From: Macrostomum hystrix
Taxonomy: Eukaryota; Animalia; Platyhelminthes
DNA length: 64,000 bases
Assembly: GCA_950097015.1 (NCBI GenBank)
Contig: CATNEN010000001.1
Location: forward strand, 248,001-312,000
Direction of reading: 5' to 3'
The notes under the pieces were generated by a model. The model had not been told where the DNA came from and did not search any database. It was given only the letters and a program-made list of their open reading frames with translations. Positions 48,229 through 61,500 of the stretch are shown piece after piece. A program made the position numbers and the translations under genes. Within the stretch, counting starts at the first letter, position 1. Each line of letters opens with the position of its first letter.

Positions 48229-48285
48229 GCTTTCGAGAAACGATGCTAATCTCCCTAAACTTCGAATCCCACCAACCTGGTGCAG

Positions 48286-49050
48286 TCTGGCGAATGTGGC
48301 GCCGCCAGCAAGTACTTCAGTCAGCTGGAGGACACCCTGCGATACTCCTGCCCCAAGGCCGGCCCGGCCGCATTCCTAGCCGAATCTATTCAGGGCGTCG
48401 GCGGCATCGTCCAGTTCCCTCGCGGCTACCTCGGCAAGGCCTTCGCGGCTGTGCGCGCCTCGGGCGGTCTCTGCATCTCGGACGAGGTTCAAACCGGCTT
48501 CGGCCGGCTTGGCAGTCACTACTGGGGCTTCCAGGCACACGGCGTTGAACCAGACATTGTCACCATGGCCAAGAGCATCGGCAACGGCTTCCCGCTTGCC
48601 GCGGTGGTCACTTCGCCGGAGATCGCTCGAACCCTGGCCGAGGCCTTGCACTTCAACACCTTCGGCGGCAATCCGCTAGCCTGCGCCGTCGGCTCCTCCG
48701 TCCTGGATGTCATCGACGAGGAAGGCCTGCAGGACAATGCCAGACGAGTTGGCGACAGACTGATTGCGGGCCTGAAACGGCTGCAACAGTCCAGCAAGCT
48801 AATCGGCGACATCCGCGGCAAAGGCCTCATGGTCGGCGTCGAGCTGGTGTCCGACGCCCGCAGCCGGACCCCCCTAGAGGCGCCAAGGATGGCCCGACTG
48901 TTTGAAGCAACTCGAGATGCCGGCGTCTTGGTTGGCAAGGGCGGTTACTATGGCAACGTGCTGCGACTCCAGCCGCCGATGTGCGTCACGGAGGCTGACG
49001 CCGACGCCACAGTTGAAGCCATCCGGCTGGCCATCAAGTCTGCCGAATGA
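48286..49050 (+). CDS. AGXT2: AGXT2 exon 2
   Basis: AESIQGVGG, DEVQTGFGRLG, PLP lysine in TMAKSIGNGFP, FNTFGGNP. Confidence 0.95.
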   Translation, partial: SGECGAASKYFSQLEDTLRYSCPKAGPAAFLAESIQGVGGIVQFPRGYLGKAFAAVRASGGLCISDEVQTGFGRLGSHYWGFQAHGVEPDIVTMAKSIGNGFPLAAVVTSPEIARTLAEALHFNTFGGNPLACAVGSSVLDVIDEEGLQDNARRVGDRLIAGLKRLQQSSKLIGDIRGKGLMVGVELVSDARSRTPLEAPRMARLFEATRDAGVLVGKGGYYGNVLRLQPPMCVTEADADATVEAIRLAIKSAE

Positions 49051-49489
49051 AACTCTAAATCATCGCGATGACGATATGTATCGAAAAAAACATAATTAAG
49101 GCTCAACTTCTTGTTAACGATGTTTCTACATTGCTTCCGTTTTTGTATTTTTTCTCTGTGTCTTGACATTACAGATAATTTTTAAAGGAAAAGTGATTTT
49201 TGGTGTCTTTATTTCCTGCAAGCAATTTTGCAATTTTTAGAAGAATATAATATAGAATGCCATTTTTCAGCTGCTTGTCTACTATTTCTGCTAAATTTAA
49301 GAGTTTACTTTCGCTACATGCCTACTCTTAGTATACTATTGAAGAAAAAGAACAGTAATTGTTTGGTCAATATTCTTGTGTACCATATTATTTAAGGTAG
49401 AAAAAGCAGCACTCTTGAAAACCAGCTGCCAAATATGCGCAGAAAAAAATTTCTAACGATTTTCATCACAATTTTTTGTGATCTAACTA

Positions 49490-50155
49490 TCTCTTCTCTC
49501 TCCTTCTCCCTCTCTTCTTCTCCCTCTCTCCTTCTTCCTCTCTCCTTCTCCCTCTCTCCTTCTCCCTCTCTCCTTCTCCCTCTCTCCTTCTCCCTCTCTC
49601 CTTCTCCCTCTCTCCTTCTCCCTCTCTCCTTCTCCCTCTCTCCCTCTTCCTCTGTCCTTCTACCTCTCTCCTTCTCCCTCTCTCCTTCTCCCTCTCTCCT
49701 TCTACCTCTCTCCTTCTACCTCTCCCCTTCTCCCTCTCTCCCTCTTCCTCTGTCCTTCTACCTCTCTCCTTCTCCCTCTCTCTTTCTACCTCTCTCCTTC
49801 TCCCTCTCTCCCTCTTCCTCTCTCCTTCTCCCTCTCTCCTTCTACCTCTCTCCTTCTCCCTCTCTCCTTCTACCTCTCTCCTTCTCCCTCTCTCCTTCTC
49901 CCTCTCTCCCTCTCCCTCTCTTCTTCTCCCTCTCTCCTTCTCCCTCTCTCCTTCTACCTCACTCCTTCTCCCTCTCTTCTTCTCCCTCTCTCCTTCTCCC
50001 TCTCTCCTTCTACCTCTCTCCTTCTCCCTCTCTTCTTCTCCCTCTCTCCTTCTCCCTCTCTCCTTCTACCTCTCTCCTTCTCCCTCTCTTCTTCTCCCTC
50101 TCTCCTTCTCCCTCTCTCCTTCTACCTCTCTCCTTCTCCCTCTCTCCTTCTCTCT
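49490..50155. repeat. Polypyrimidine low-complexity repeat
   Basis: ctctctccttctcc units. Confidence 0.9.
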
Positions 50156-50859
50156 GATAGGCACTTGTGTATTGATGTCGTTTAATAATTGTTGCCGTTT
50201 TAAACAGAACCCCCCAACCAGTCGTATCATTGGTCGAGGCCCAGTAAGTTTGCAAAGCGGCAGCTCTCCTCCTATTGGCTAAGCCGCGGACTATTTGAAC
50301 AAGCCTAGACCCACTCATCGATATTTTTGTCCGGAAATTCTTCTTCAAGTTTCCCAAGTCTGTAGTAGCTGTCTGCCTTATCTATCCTATCTATCAAGAT
50401 TCTGCACAGGTGGCAGAAAGGAAACTCTCTTTTTGTTTACTCAGAACACACGAAGATTTTTTTAATTGGCCAATCTCCTTATATTTCTCCTTAATCTCTC
50501 TTTTATAGCACTGCTAATCCTGTAGGGAACTGGGATCTTGTAATTTCGGGGTTGAGTCAACAAACTGCAAATCCTGACTGGCCCACTAACAGAACCAACG
50601 CTATACATTGAAGATCTTCAAACTGTGAGTGCTGAAAAACCTTCCTCCAAAAAGTCTTGCTTTTTAACAAGAAACTGCGCCTGAAGCTGCATCATCTAAA
50701 TTAATCCCGTCATTTTGATAGTTGCTGCGATCCTATTACACGAATCAGGTAAGCCTGTTTGTTATAAAACTTTTTTAAGACTTTCTTAATTAGTGATTTA
50801 GTGAGACTTCTTCTTAAAGCTGTAATTTCGAAACTAATGATTCTCTAAGCCTCTCTATT

Positions 50860-53800
50860 TCTCTGACTCTCTGACTCTCTGACTCTCTGACTCTCTGACT
50901 CTCCGACCCTCTTTGACTCTCTGACTCTCTGACTCTCTGACTCTCTGACTCTCTGACTCTCTGACTCTCTTTGACTCTCTGACTCTCTTTGACTCTCTGA
51001 CTCTCTGACTCTCTGACTCTCTGACTCTCTGACTCTCTGACTCTCTGACTCTCTGACTCTCTGACTCTCTGACTCTCTGAATCTCTGACTCTCCGACTCT
51101 CTGACTCTCTGACTTTCTGACTCTCTGACTCTCTGACTCTCTGACTCTCTGGCTCTCTGGCTCTCTTTGACTTTCTGACTCTCTGACTCTCTGGCTCTCC
51201 GACTCTCTCTGACTCTCTGACTCTCTGACTCTCTGACTCTCTGACTCTCTGACTCTCTGGCTCTCTGGCTCTCTGACTCTCTGACTCTCTGACTCTCTGG
51301 CTCTCTGGCTCTCTGACTCTCTGACTCTCTGACTCTCTGGCTCTCCGACTCTCTCTGACTCTCTGACTCTCTGACTCTCGGACTCTCCGACTCTCTTTGA
51401 CTCTCTGACTCTCTGACTCTCTGGCTCTCTGGCTCTCTGACTCTCTGACTCTCTGACTCTCTGACTCTCTGGCTCTCTGGCTCTCTGGCTCTCTGACTCT
51501 CTGGCTCTCCGACTCTCTCTGACTCTCTGACTCTCTGACTCTCGGACTCTCCGACTCTCTTTGACTCTCTGACTCTCTGACTCTCTGGCTCTCTGGCTCT
51601 CTGACTCTCTGACTCTCTGACTCTCTGACTCTCTGGCTCTCTGGCTCTCTGGCTCTCTGACTCTCTGGCTCTCCGACTCTCTCTGACTCTCTGACTCTCT
51701 GACTCTCTGACTCTCTGACTCTCTGACTTTCTGACTCTCTGACTATCTGACTCTCTGACTCTCTGACTCTCTGACTCTCTGACTCTCTGACTTTCTGACT
51801 CTCTGACTCTCTGACTCTCTGACTCTCTGACTCTCTGACTCTCTGACTCTCTGACTCTCTGACTCTCTGACTCTCTGACTCTCTGACTCTCTGACTCTCT
51901 GACTCTCTGACTCTCTGACTCTCTGACTCTCTGACTCTCTGACTCTCTCTCCCTTTTTCTTCGTCACTCCGACTTCCCTCCTCCCTCCCTGACTCTCTCT
52001 CTCTCTCTGTCTATCTAGATGGAGCCACTATCTGCCTTCTCGCGAACTGTTCAAGCTTATCTCAAAATCTCAACCAGCCCGCACTACTCAATTCAAACAC
52101 AATCCTATTGTAATTACATACGACATGGATCAGTTGAGCGTGCAGGGGTAAAGAATAAATTATAATCTTATCTTTTACATTAGCATCTCTAACCTGTACA
52201 CAAGCTGGCAGAACTGAAATACTGATGACTGAAAGGAATTGTCAGTGAATCACTAGTCTATATAACAGTTAATCACTGACAGACATTGTGACAAGACAGT
52301 ATATAGTTCCAGGACCCAATTCTATTCTAAAAAAGGATTCAAATGACTATCCTACGTAGCTCGCTAATATTTTCTGTGTTAAATTTGTCTTTTTTGAAAC
52401 AACGCTTTTTGACAAACAGTCTCGAGGCCATAAATCACTAATTTCATGCGCATTCTAGACTAAACTCGCAGTCATCAAGCGAGCTTTTGGAATTTATCAA
52501 CCTGTCAAACTGGTTCTTTTTAAGCGCGAATGAGTTATCATCGAGTTGATAATTTATTTGCTGAAAGTCTTACGCATTAAATGCTTAATTAAAACAAAAA
52601 AAGACTTTCGGCTATCACCTACTTATTCTTGCACAAGCAGTTTTCTTCTTCCTCAGTCAGCTTTGAGTCTGGTTCGCTTGACTTATCAATCAATTATCAA
52701 TCTATCATGACTCTCTGACTCTCTGACTCTCTGACACTCCGACTCTCTTTGACTATATGACTCTCTAACTCTCTGACTCTCTTTGACTTTCTGACTCTCT
52801 GGCTCTCTGACTCTCTCTGAATCTCTGACTCTCTGACTCTCCGACTCTCTTTGACTTTCTGACTCTCTGACTCTCTGACTCTCTTTGACTTTCTGACTCT
52901 TTGACTCTCTGACTCTCTGACTCTCTGACTCTCTCTGACTATATGACTCTCTAACTCTCTGACTCTCTTTGACTTTCTGACTCTCTGGCTCTCTGACTCT
53001 CTCTGAATCTCTGACTCTCTGACTCTCCGACTCTCTTTGACTTTCTGACTCTCTGACTCTCTGACTCTCTTTGACTTTCTGACTCTTTGACTCTCTGACT
53101 CTCTGACTCTCTGACTCTCTGACTCTCTGACACTCCGACTCTCTGACTCTCTGACACTCCGACTCTCTTTGACTTTCTGACTCTTTGACTCTCTGACTCT
53201 CTGACTCTCTGACTCTCTGACTCTCTGACACTCCGACTCTCTGACTCTCTGACTCTCTGACTCTCTGACTCTCTGACACTCCGACTCTCTTTGACTATAT
53301 GACTCTCTAACTCTCTGACTCTCTTTGACTTTCTGACTCTCTGGCTCTCTGACTCTCTCTGAATCTCTGACTCTCTGACTCTCCGACTCTCTTTGACTTT
53401 CTGACTCTCTGACTCTCTGACTCTCTCTGACTTTCTGACTCTTTGACTCTCTGACTCTCTGACTCTCTGACTCTCTGACTCTCTGACTCTCTGACTCTCT
53501 GACTCTCTGACTCTCTGACTCTCTGACTCTCTCTGACTCTCTGACTCTCCGACTCTCTTTGACTTTCTGACTCTCTGACTCTCCGACTCTCTTTGACTTT
53601 CTGACTCTCTGACTCTCTGACTCTCTCTGACTTTCTGACTCTTTGACTCTCTGACTCTCTGACTCTCTGACTCTCTGACTCTCTGACTCTCTGACTCTCT
53701 GACTCTCTGACTCTCTGACTCTCTGACTCTCTCTGACTCTCTGACTCTCCGACTCTCTTTGACTTTCTGACTCTCTGACTCTCTGACTCTCCGACTCTCT

Positions 53801-55150
53801 TTGACTATATGACTCTCTAACTCTCTGACTCTCTTTGACTTTCTGACTCTCTGGCTCTCTGACTCTCTCTGAATCTCTGACTCTCTGACTCTCCGACTCT
53901 CTTTGACTTTCTGACTCTCTGACTCTCTGACTCTCTGACTCTCTGACACTCCGACTCTCTTTGACTTTCTGACTCTCTGACTCTCTCTGAATCTCTTACT
54001 CTCTGACTCTCCGACTCTCTTTGACTTTCTGACTCTTTGACTCTCTGACTCTCTGACTCTCTGACTCTCTGACTCTCTGACACTCCGACTCTCTGACTCT
54101 CTGACTCTCTGACTCTCTGACTCTCTGACTCTCCGACTCTCTCTGACTATATGACTCTCTGGCTCTCTGACTCTCTCTGAATCTCTGACTCTCTGACTCT
54201 CCGACTCTCTTTGACTTTCTGACTCTCTGACTCTCTGACTCTCTGACTCTCTGACACTCCGACTCTCTTTGACTTTCTGACTCTCTGACTCTCTCTGAAT
54301 CTCTGACTCTCTGACTCTCCGACTCTCTTTGACTTTCTGACTCTTTGACTCTCTGACTCTCTGACTCTCTGACTCTCTGACTCTCTGACACTCCGACTCT
54401 CTGACTCTCTGACTCTCTGACTCTCTCTGAATCTCTGACTCTCTGACTCTCCGACTCTCTTTGACTTTCTGACTCTTTGACTTTCTGACTCTTTGACTCT
54501 CTGACTCTCTGACACTCTGACTCTCTGACTCTCTGACTCTCTGACACTCTGACTCTCTGACTCTCTGACTCTCTGACTCTCTGACTCTCTGACACTCCGA
54601 CTCTCTTTGACTATATGACTCTCTAACTCTCTGACTCTCTTTGACTTTCTGACTCTCTGGCTCTCTGACTCTCTCTGAATCTCTGACTCTCTGACTCTCC
54701 GACTCTCTTTGACTTTCTGACTCTCTGACTCTCTGACTCTCTTTGACTTTCTGACTCTTTGACTCTCTGACTCTCTGACTCTCTGACTCTCTCTGACTCT
54801 CTGACTCTCCGACTCTCTTTGACTTTCTGACTCTCTGACTCTCCGACTCTCTTTGACTTTCCGACTCTCTGACTCTCTGACTCTCTTTGACTTTCTGACT
54901 CTCTGACTCTCCGACTCTCTTTGACTTTCTGACTCTCTGACTCTCTGACTCTCTTTGACTTTTTGACTCTCCGACTCTCCGACTCTCTTTGACTTTCTGA
55001 CTCTCTGACTTTGACTTTCCGACTGTCTGACTCTCTGACTCTCTGACTCTCTCTGACTCTCTGACTCTCCGACTCTCTTTGACTCTCTGACTCTCTGACT
55101 TTGACTTTCCGACTGTCTGACTCTCTGACTCTCTGACTCTCTGACTCTCT
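50860..55150. repeat. 8-bp (ctctctga)n arrays, two blocks (50860-51950 and 52708-55150)
   Basis: Direct tandem repeats separated by ~750 bp of unique sequence. Confidence 0.93.
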
Positions 55151-55989
55151 CAGGTTTTCTGACTATCAGGCTTTCAAACTCTAGCTGTCTTTAAAATCCA
55201 ATTTTTTCTAATTTATTATCTAATTAGCAATCGGAAATGGAAAGGGAAATGCCGTTAGTAGAAAATTAATCAACTGTTTTATTTTTTTGTGACAATGTTC
55301 TCAATCTAGAATCACAGTTTTCCACATCATGTATCGTATTTTATACTTCTTCACAACATCATCAATATTTTCATCGACTATTTTTGCATTTTGCTATTTC
55401 TCGCACGTAATTCATAACTTCCAGTCATTTATAGAGGAAAGAGTACCCAATTTTTGCAATTCACAATCTTAAGCTACATCTGTGGACAAAGTAGCTAATG
55501 CTACAGAAGAGAACATTGAAAAAGAAAAGAAGAAGGAAATAATAGAGGTGTGAAAACTGACTCCCCGGAAAAGGAATTCAGAACTGATACAAACTGGCGT
55601 GGCTATTAATAACTAATAGCATGGAATGACTGGCTTTTGACTGCATTGTTACTTATGAAGCGGCATTATTGTATATTACACGTGTGGTGTACCCAAAAAA
55701 TTATCAACTTCGGTAACTGACACTTATAGCGATATAATTATACTCGTAGTAAATTAATTGCATACTAGTGTGTTTGTTTTCCTGCAACAATTGTAGGATA
55801 TTGATTACGCATTTTTGAATTAAGATTTTTGCTTCTATATTCGGAGATTAATCAGTGGTTTGTGATTTTCTTGGGCTGGGAAACAAGTTGCCTATATCCC
55901 TAGCCTTGAAAAATAAATAAGCTGCTAAAAATGAGGATCACATAATTATTAGGGAGATATAGAGGTGTTGCTTATACATTCTCTTCTCC

Positions 55990-58085
55990 ACTCTCCTTCA
56001 ATCTCACTTCTCTCTAGTTCTCACCCTCTCTATCCCCTGTCTCACCCTCTCTCTCATCCATTCTCACCCTCTCTCTCATCCATTCTCACCCTCTCTCTCA
56101 TCCATTCTCACCCTCTCTCATCAATTCTCCCCCTCTCTCATCCATTCTCACCCTCTCTCATCCATTCTCACCCCTCTCTCATCCATTCTCACCCCTCTCT
56201 CATCCATTCTCACCCTCTCTCTCATCCATTCTCACCCTCTCTCTCATCCATTCTCACCCCTCTCTCATCCATTCTCACCCTCTCTCATCCATTCTCACCC
56301 TCTCTCGCATCTATTCTCACCCTCTCTCGCATTTATTCTCACCCCTCTCTTATCAATTCTCACCCCTCTCTCATCGATTCTCACACTTCTCTCATCAATT
56401 CTCACTCTTGGTCTCAATAATTCCTACGGGCTCTTAGCAACCTGAGCTAGCAAAGTTTAGCCCTATGCTTTTTATATCCGATTAATTTCAAATGTGTTTT
56501 ACAGTCGTATGTTCGCACAGTTACCGCAAACTTTGAACAAATCAATTTTTTTGTTATCAATTAAGCTGATTGCACTGTTGATAACGCATCAAATTTTATA
56601 GACCGCACTGAAACTCGGCTTCCCCTTGGGGATAGAAGATACGGCTTTGGGATATTTGTACGAGATAGGGATAAGTTGACGAGGCATTAGCTGGATTACA
56701 GATGGAGAATTTGTTTGCTTTTGCAAAGCTCTGGTTTAGTTCTGGCAAATACTTGTAATAGCGCCGTGTGAGTCAGTTTTTGTGAGTTTAATCTCTATCT
56801 CATTCAGCCTGATACTGGATAACCGGTCAAACTGATATTATAAATTGATATATATTGGCCATCTGGTGTGACTGCGTGTCAAGGGTCACTTTATATAGGC
56901 TTAGGTGTGAACTTGTGTATTGTACAGGTAATGCATATATAAATGTGTGTATAGTACTGCGTAATTTACGTCTAACCAATCAACCAATCAGAAATATAAT
57001 ATCCCAGTAGCCTTGTCTGGATGATAGGGATTAAACATGTTTGAATTTAGTCATTTTGATTCAAGGTTTAGAAATTGTTTCGTTTGGTTCATCAGTATTA
57101 TAAGTGCATGGAGAATTATCTGCTAATACGCCACTCTCACAGCCTCTCTCCGCCACTCTCATTCTCTCCGCCACTCTCATTCTCTCCGCCACTCTCATTC
57201 TCTCTCCGCCACTCTCATTCTCTCCGCCACTCTCATTCTCTCCGCCACTCTCATTCTCTCCGCCACTCTCATTCTCTCCGCCACTCTCATTCTCTCTCCG
57301 CCACTCTCATTCTCTCCGCCACTCTCATTCTCTCCGCCACTCTCATTCTCTCTCCGCCACTCTCATTCTCTCTCCGCCACTCTCATTCTCTCCGCCACTC
57401 TCATTCTCTCCGCCACTCTCATTCTCTCTCCGCCACTCTCATTCTCTCTCCGCCACTCTCATTCTCTCTCCGCCACTCTCATTCTCTCCGCCACTCTCAT
57501 TCTCTATCTGCCACTCTCACCCTCTCTCCGCCACTCTCATTCTCTCTCCGCCACTCTCATTCTCTCTCCGCCACTCGCATTCTCTATCTGCCACTCTATC
57601 ACCCTCTATCTACCACTCTCACACTCTCTCCGCCACTCTCATTCTCTATCTGCCACTCTCACCCTCTCTCCGCCACTCTCATTCTCTATCTGCCACTCTC
57701 ACCCTCTCTCCGCCACTCTCATTCTCTCTCCGCCACTCTCATTCTCTCCGCCACTCTCATTCTCTCTCCGCCACTCTCATTCTCTCCGCCACTCTCATTC
57801 TCTATCTGCCACTCTCATTCTCCATCTACCACTCTCATTCTCTATCTACCACTCTCACACTCTCTCCACCACTCTCATTCTCTATCTATCACTCTCATTC
57901 TCTCTCCGCCACTCTCATTCTATCTCCACCACTCTCATTCTCTATCTGCCACTCTCACCCTCTCTCCGCCACTCTCATTCTCTATCTACCACTCTCACCC
58001 TCTCTCCGCCACTCTCCGCCACTCTCCGCCACTCTCACCACTCTCCGCCACTCTCATTCTTTATCCGCCACTCTCACCCTCTCGC
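55990..58085. repeat. CT-rich minisatellites (55990-56410 and 57130-58085)
   Basis: ctctcatccattctcacc and ccgccactctcattctct units. Confidence 0.9.
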
Positions 58086-58591
58086 TGGCAGCGAGTCAGG
58101 CACTTTCAGATTTTGTAGCAAAACAAATACCTATTTTATAAACTAGTATAACTTGGATAACAATCTGATAAATCTTCCTATCCACAAAAAGTATAATTTA
58201 CTATACAAAAACGTTTTCCAAAAACACTCCGCAATGCATAGAATTAATAATTCATCAACTTCAGGTCATATCCCAACAACGAAAGACTGGATAGAAGATG
58301 GGATTTTTGGGAGAAAAGTGACAGAGCGGGACCACCTGCCTAATTTGTTGGGACAAAATTATTAGGGGAGAAGAAAAATAGGAAAATTAAATCATTTGTC
58401 TGACAAAAATATTTATTCAGAGTGCGAAAATTAATTAATTTAATTCTACCTTGTTGGTAGCTTTACACCTGCAAATGATTATTGCAAATTTATTATCCTT
58501 CACAATGTGACAAAATTTGAGTTAACACTTCGTTCAATTGCCACATAAAACACAGTACTTAGCATGCTTATTACCTAGTCATTGAAAAAAT

Positions 58592-61500
58592 GCTTAGTTT
58601 CTGTCAGTTTGGGACCTTTAGTTTCTGTCAGTTTGGGATCTTTTGTTTCTGTCAGATTGGGATCTTTAGTTTCTGTTAGTTTGGGATCTTTAGTTTCTGT
58701 CAGATTGGGATCTTTAGTTTCTGTTAGTTTGGGATCTTTTGTTTCTGTCAGATTGGGATCTTTAGTTTCTGTTAGTTTGGGATCTTTAGTTTCTGTCAGT
58801 TTGGGATCTTTAGTTTCTGTCAGATTTAGGATCTTTTGTTTCTGTCAGATTGGGATCTTTAGTTTCTGTTAGTTTGGGATCTTTAGTTTCTGTCAGTTTG
58901 GGATCTTTAGTTTCTGTCAGTTTAGGATCTTTAGTTCCTGTCATTTTGGGATCTTTAGTTTCTGTTAGTTTGGGATCTTTAGTTTCTGTCAGTTTGGGAT
59001 CTTTAGTTTCTGTCAGTTTAGGATCTTTAGTTTCTGTCAGTTTAGGATCTTTAGTTCCTGTCAGTTTAGGATCTTTTGTTTCTGTCAGATTAGGATCTTT
59101 AGTTTCTGTTAGTTTGGGATCTTTAGTTTCTGTCAGTTTGGGATCTTTAGTTTCTGTCAGTTTAGGATCTTTAGTTCCTGTCATTTTGGGATCTTTAGTT
59201 TCTGTTAGTTTGGGATCTTTAGTTTCTGTCAGTTTAGGATCCTTAGTTCCTGTCAGTTTAGGATCTTTTGTTTCTGTCAGATTAGGATCTTTAGTTTCTG
59301 TTAGTTTGGGATCTTTAGTTTCTGTCAGATTGGGATCTTTAGTTTCTGTCAGTTTAGGATCTTTAGTTCCTGTCATTTTTGGATCTTTAGTTTCTGTTAG
59401 TTTGGGATCTTTAGTTTCTGTCAGTTTGGGATCTTTAGTTTCTGTCAGTTTGGGATCTTTAGTTTCTGTCAGTTTAGGATCTTTAGTTCCTGTCATTTTG
59501 GGATCTTTAGTTTCTGTCAGTTTGGGATCTTTAGTTTCTGTCAGTTTGGGATCTTTAGTTTCTGTCAGTTTAGGATCTTTAGTTTCTGTCAGTTTAGGAT
59601 CTTTAGTTCCTGTCAGTTTAGGATCTTTTGTTTCTGTCAGATTGGGATCTTTAGTTTCTGTTAGTTTGGGATCTTTAGTTTCTGTCAGTTTGGGATCTTT
59701 AGTTTCTGTCAGTTTAGGATCTTTAGTTCCTGTCATTTTGGGATCTTTAGTTTCTGTTAGTTTGGGATCTTTAGTTTCTGTCAGTTTGGGATCTTTAGTT
59801 TCTGTCAGTTTAGGATCTTTAGTTCCTGTCATTTTGGGATCTTTAGTTTCTGTCAGTTTGGGATCTTTTGTTTCTGTCAGTTTAGGATCTTTAGTTTCTG
59901 TCAGTTTGGGATATTTAGTTCCTGTCAGTTTGGAATCTTTAATTTCTGTCAGATTGGGATCTTAAGCTTATGTCAGTTTAGGATCTTTAGTTTCTGTCAG
60001 TTTAGGATCTTTAGTTTCTGTCAGATTGGGATCTTAAGCTTATGTCAGTTTAGGATCTTTAGTTTCTGTCAGTTTAGGATCTTTAGTTCCTGTCAGTTTA
60101 GGATATTTAGTTCCTGTCAGTTTAGGATCTTTAGTTTCTGTCAGTTTAGGATCTTTAGTTCCTGTCAGTTTGGGATCTTTAGTTCCTGTCAGTTTGGGAT
60201 CTTTAGTTTCTGTCAGTTTGGGATCTTTTGTTTCTGTCAGATTAGGATCTTTAGTTTCTGTCAGATTGGGATCTTAAGCTTATGTCAGTTTAGGATCTTT
60301 AGTTTCTGTCAGTTTAGGATCTTTAGTTCCTGTCAGTTTAGGATATTTAGTTCCTGTCAGTTTAGGATCTTTAGTTTCTGTCAGTTTAGGATCTTTAGTT
60401 TCTGTCAGTTTGGGATCTTTAGTTTCTGTCAGTTTGGGATCTTTAGTTTCTGTCAGTTTGGGATCTTTAGTTTCTGTCAGTTTGGGATCTTTAGTTTCTG
60501 TCAGTTTGGGATCTTTAGTTTCTGTCAGTTTGGGATCTTTAGTTTCTGTCAGTTTGGGATCTTTAGTTTCTGTCAGTTTAGGATCTTTAGTTTCTGTCAG
60601 TTTGGGATATTTAGTTCCTGTCAGTTTGGAATCTTTAGTTTCTGTCAGATTGGGATCTTAAGCTTATGTCAGTTTAGGATCTTTAGTTTCTGTCAGTTTA
60701 GGATCTTTAGTTTCTGTCAGATTGGGATCTTAAGCTTATGTCAGTTTAGGATCTTTAGTTCTTGTCAGTTTGGGATCTTTAGTTTCTGTCAGTTTGGGAT
60801 CTTTAGTTCCTGTCAGTTTAGGATCTTTAGTTCCTGTCAGTTTGGGATCTTTAGTTCCTGTCAGTTTAGGATCTTTAGTTTCTGTCAGTTTGGGATCTTT
60901 AGTTTCTGTCAGTTTGGGATCTTTAGTTTCTGTCAGATTGGGATCTTTAGTTTCTGTCAGTTTAGGATCTTTAGTTTCTGTCAGTTTGGGATCTTTAGTT
61001 TCTGTCAGTTTAGGATCTTTAGTTTCTGTCATTTTGGGATCTTTAGTTTCTGTTAGTTTGGGATCTTTAGTTTCTGTCAGTTTGGGATCTTTAGTTTCTG
61101 TCAGTTTAGGATCTTTAGTTTCTGTCAGTTTAGGATCTTTAGTTCCTGTCAGTTTAGGATCTTTTGTTTCTGTCAGATTGGGATCTTTAGTTTCTGTTAG
61201 TTTGGGATCTTTAGTTTCTGTCAGTTTGGGATCTTTAGTTTCTGTCAGTTTAGGATCTTTAGTTCCTGTCATTTTGGGATCTTTAGTTTCTGTTAGTTTG
61301 GGATCTTTAGTTTCTGTCAGTTTGGGATCTTTAGTTTCTGTCAGTTTAGGATCTTTAGTTCCTGTCATTTTGGGATCTTTAGTTTCTGTCAGTTTGGGAT
61401 CTTTTGTTTCTGTCAGTTTAGGATCTTTAGTTTCTGTCAGTTTGGGATATTTAGTTCCTGTCAGTTTGGAATCTTTAATTTCTGTCAGATTGGGATCTTA

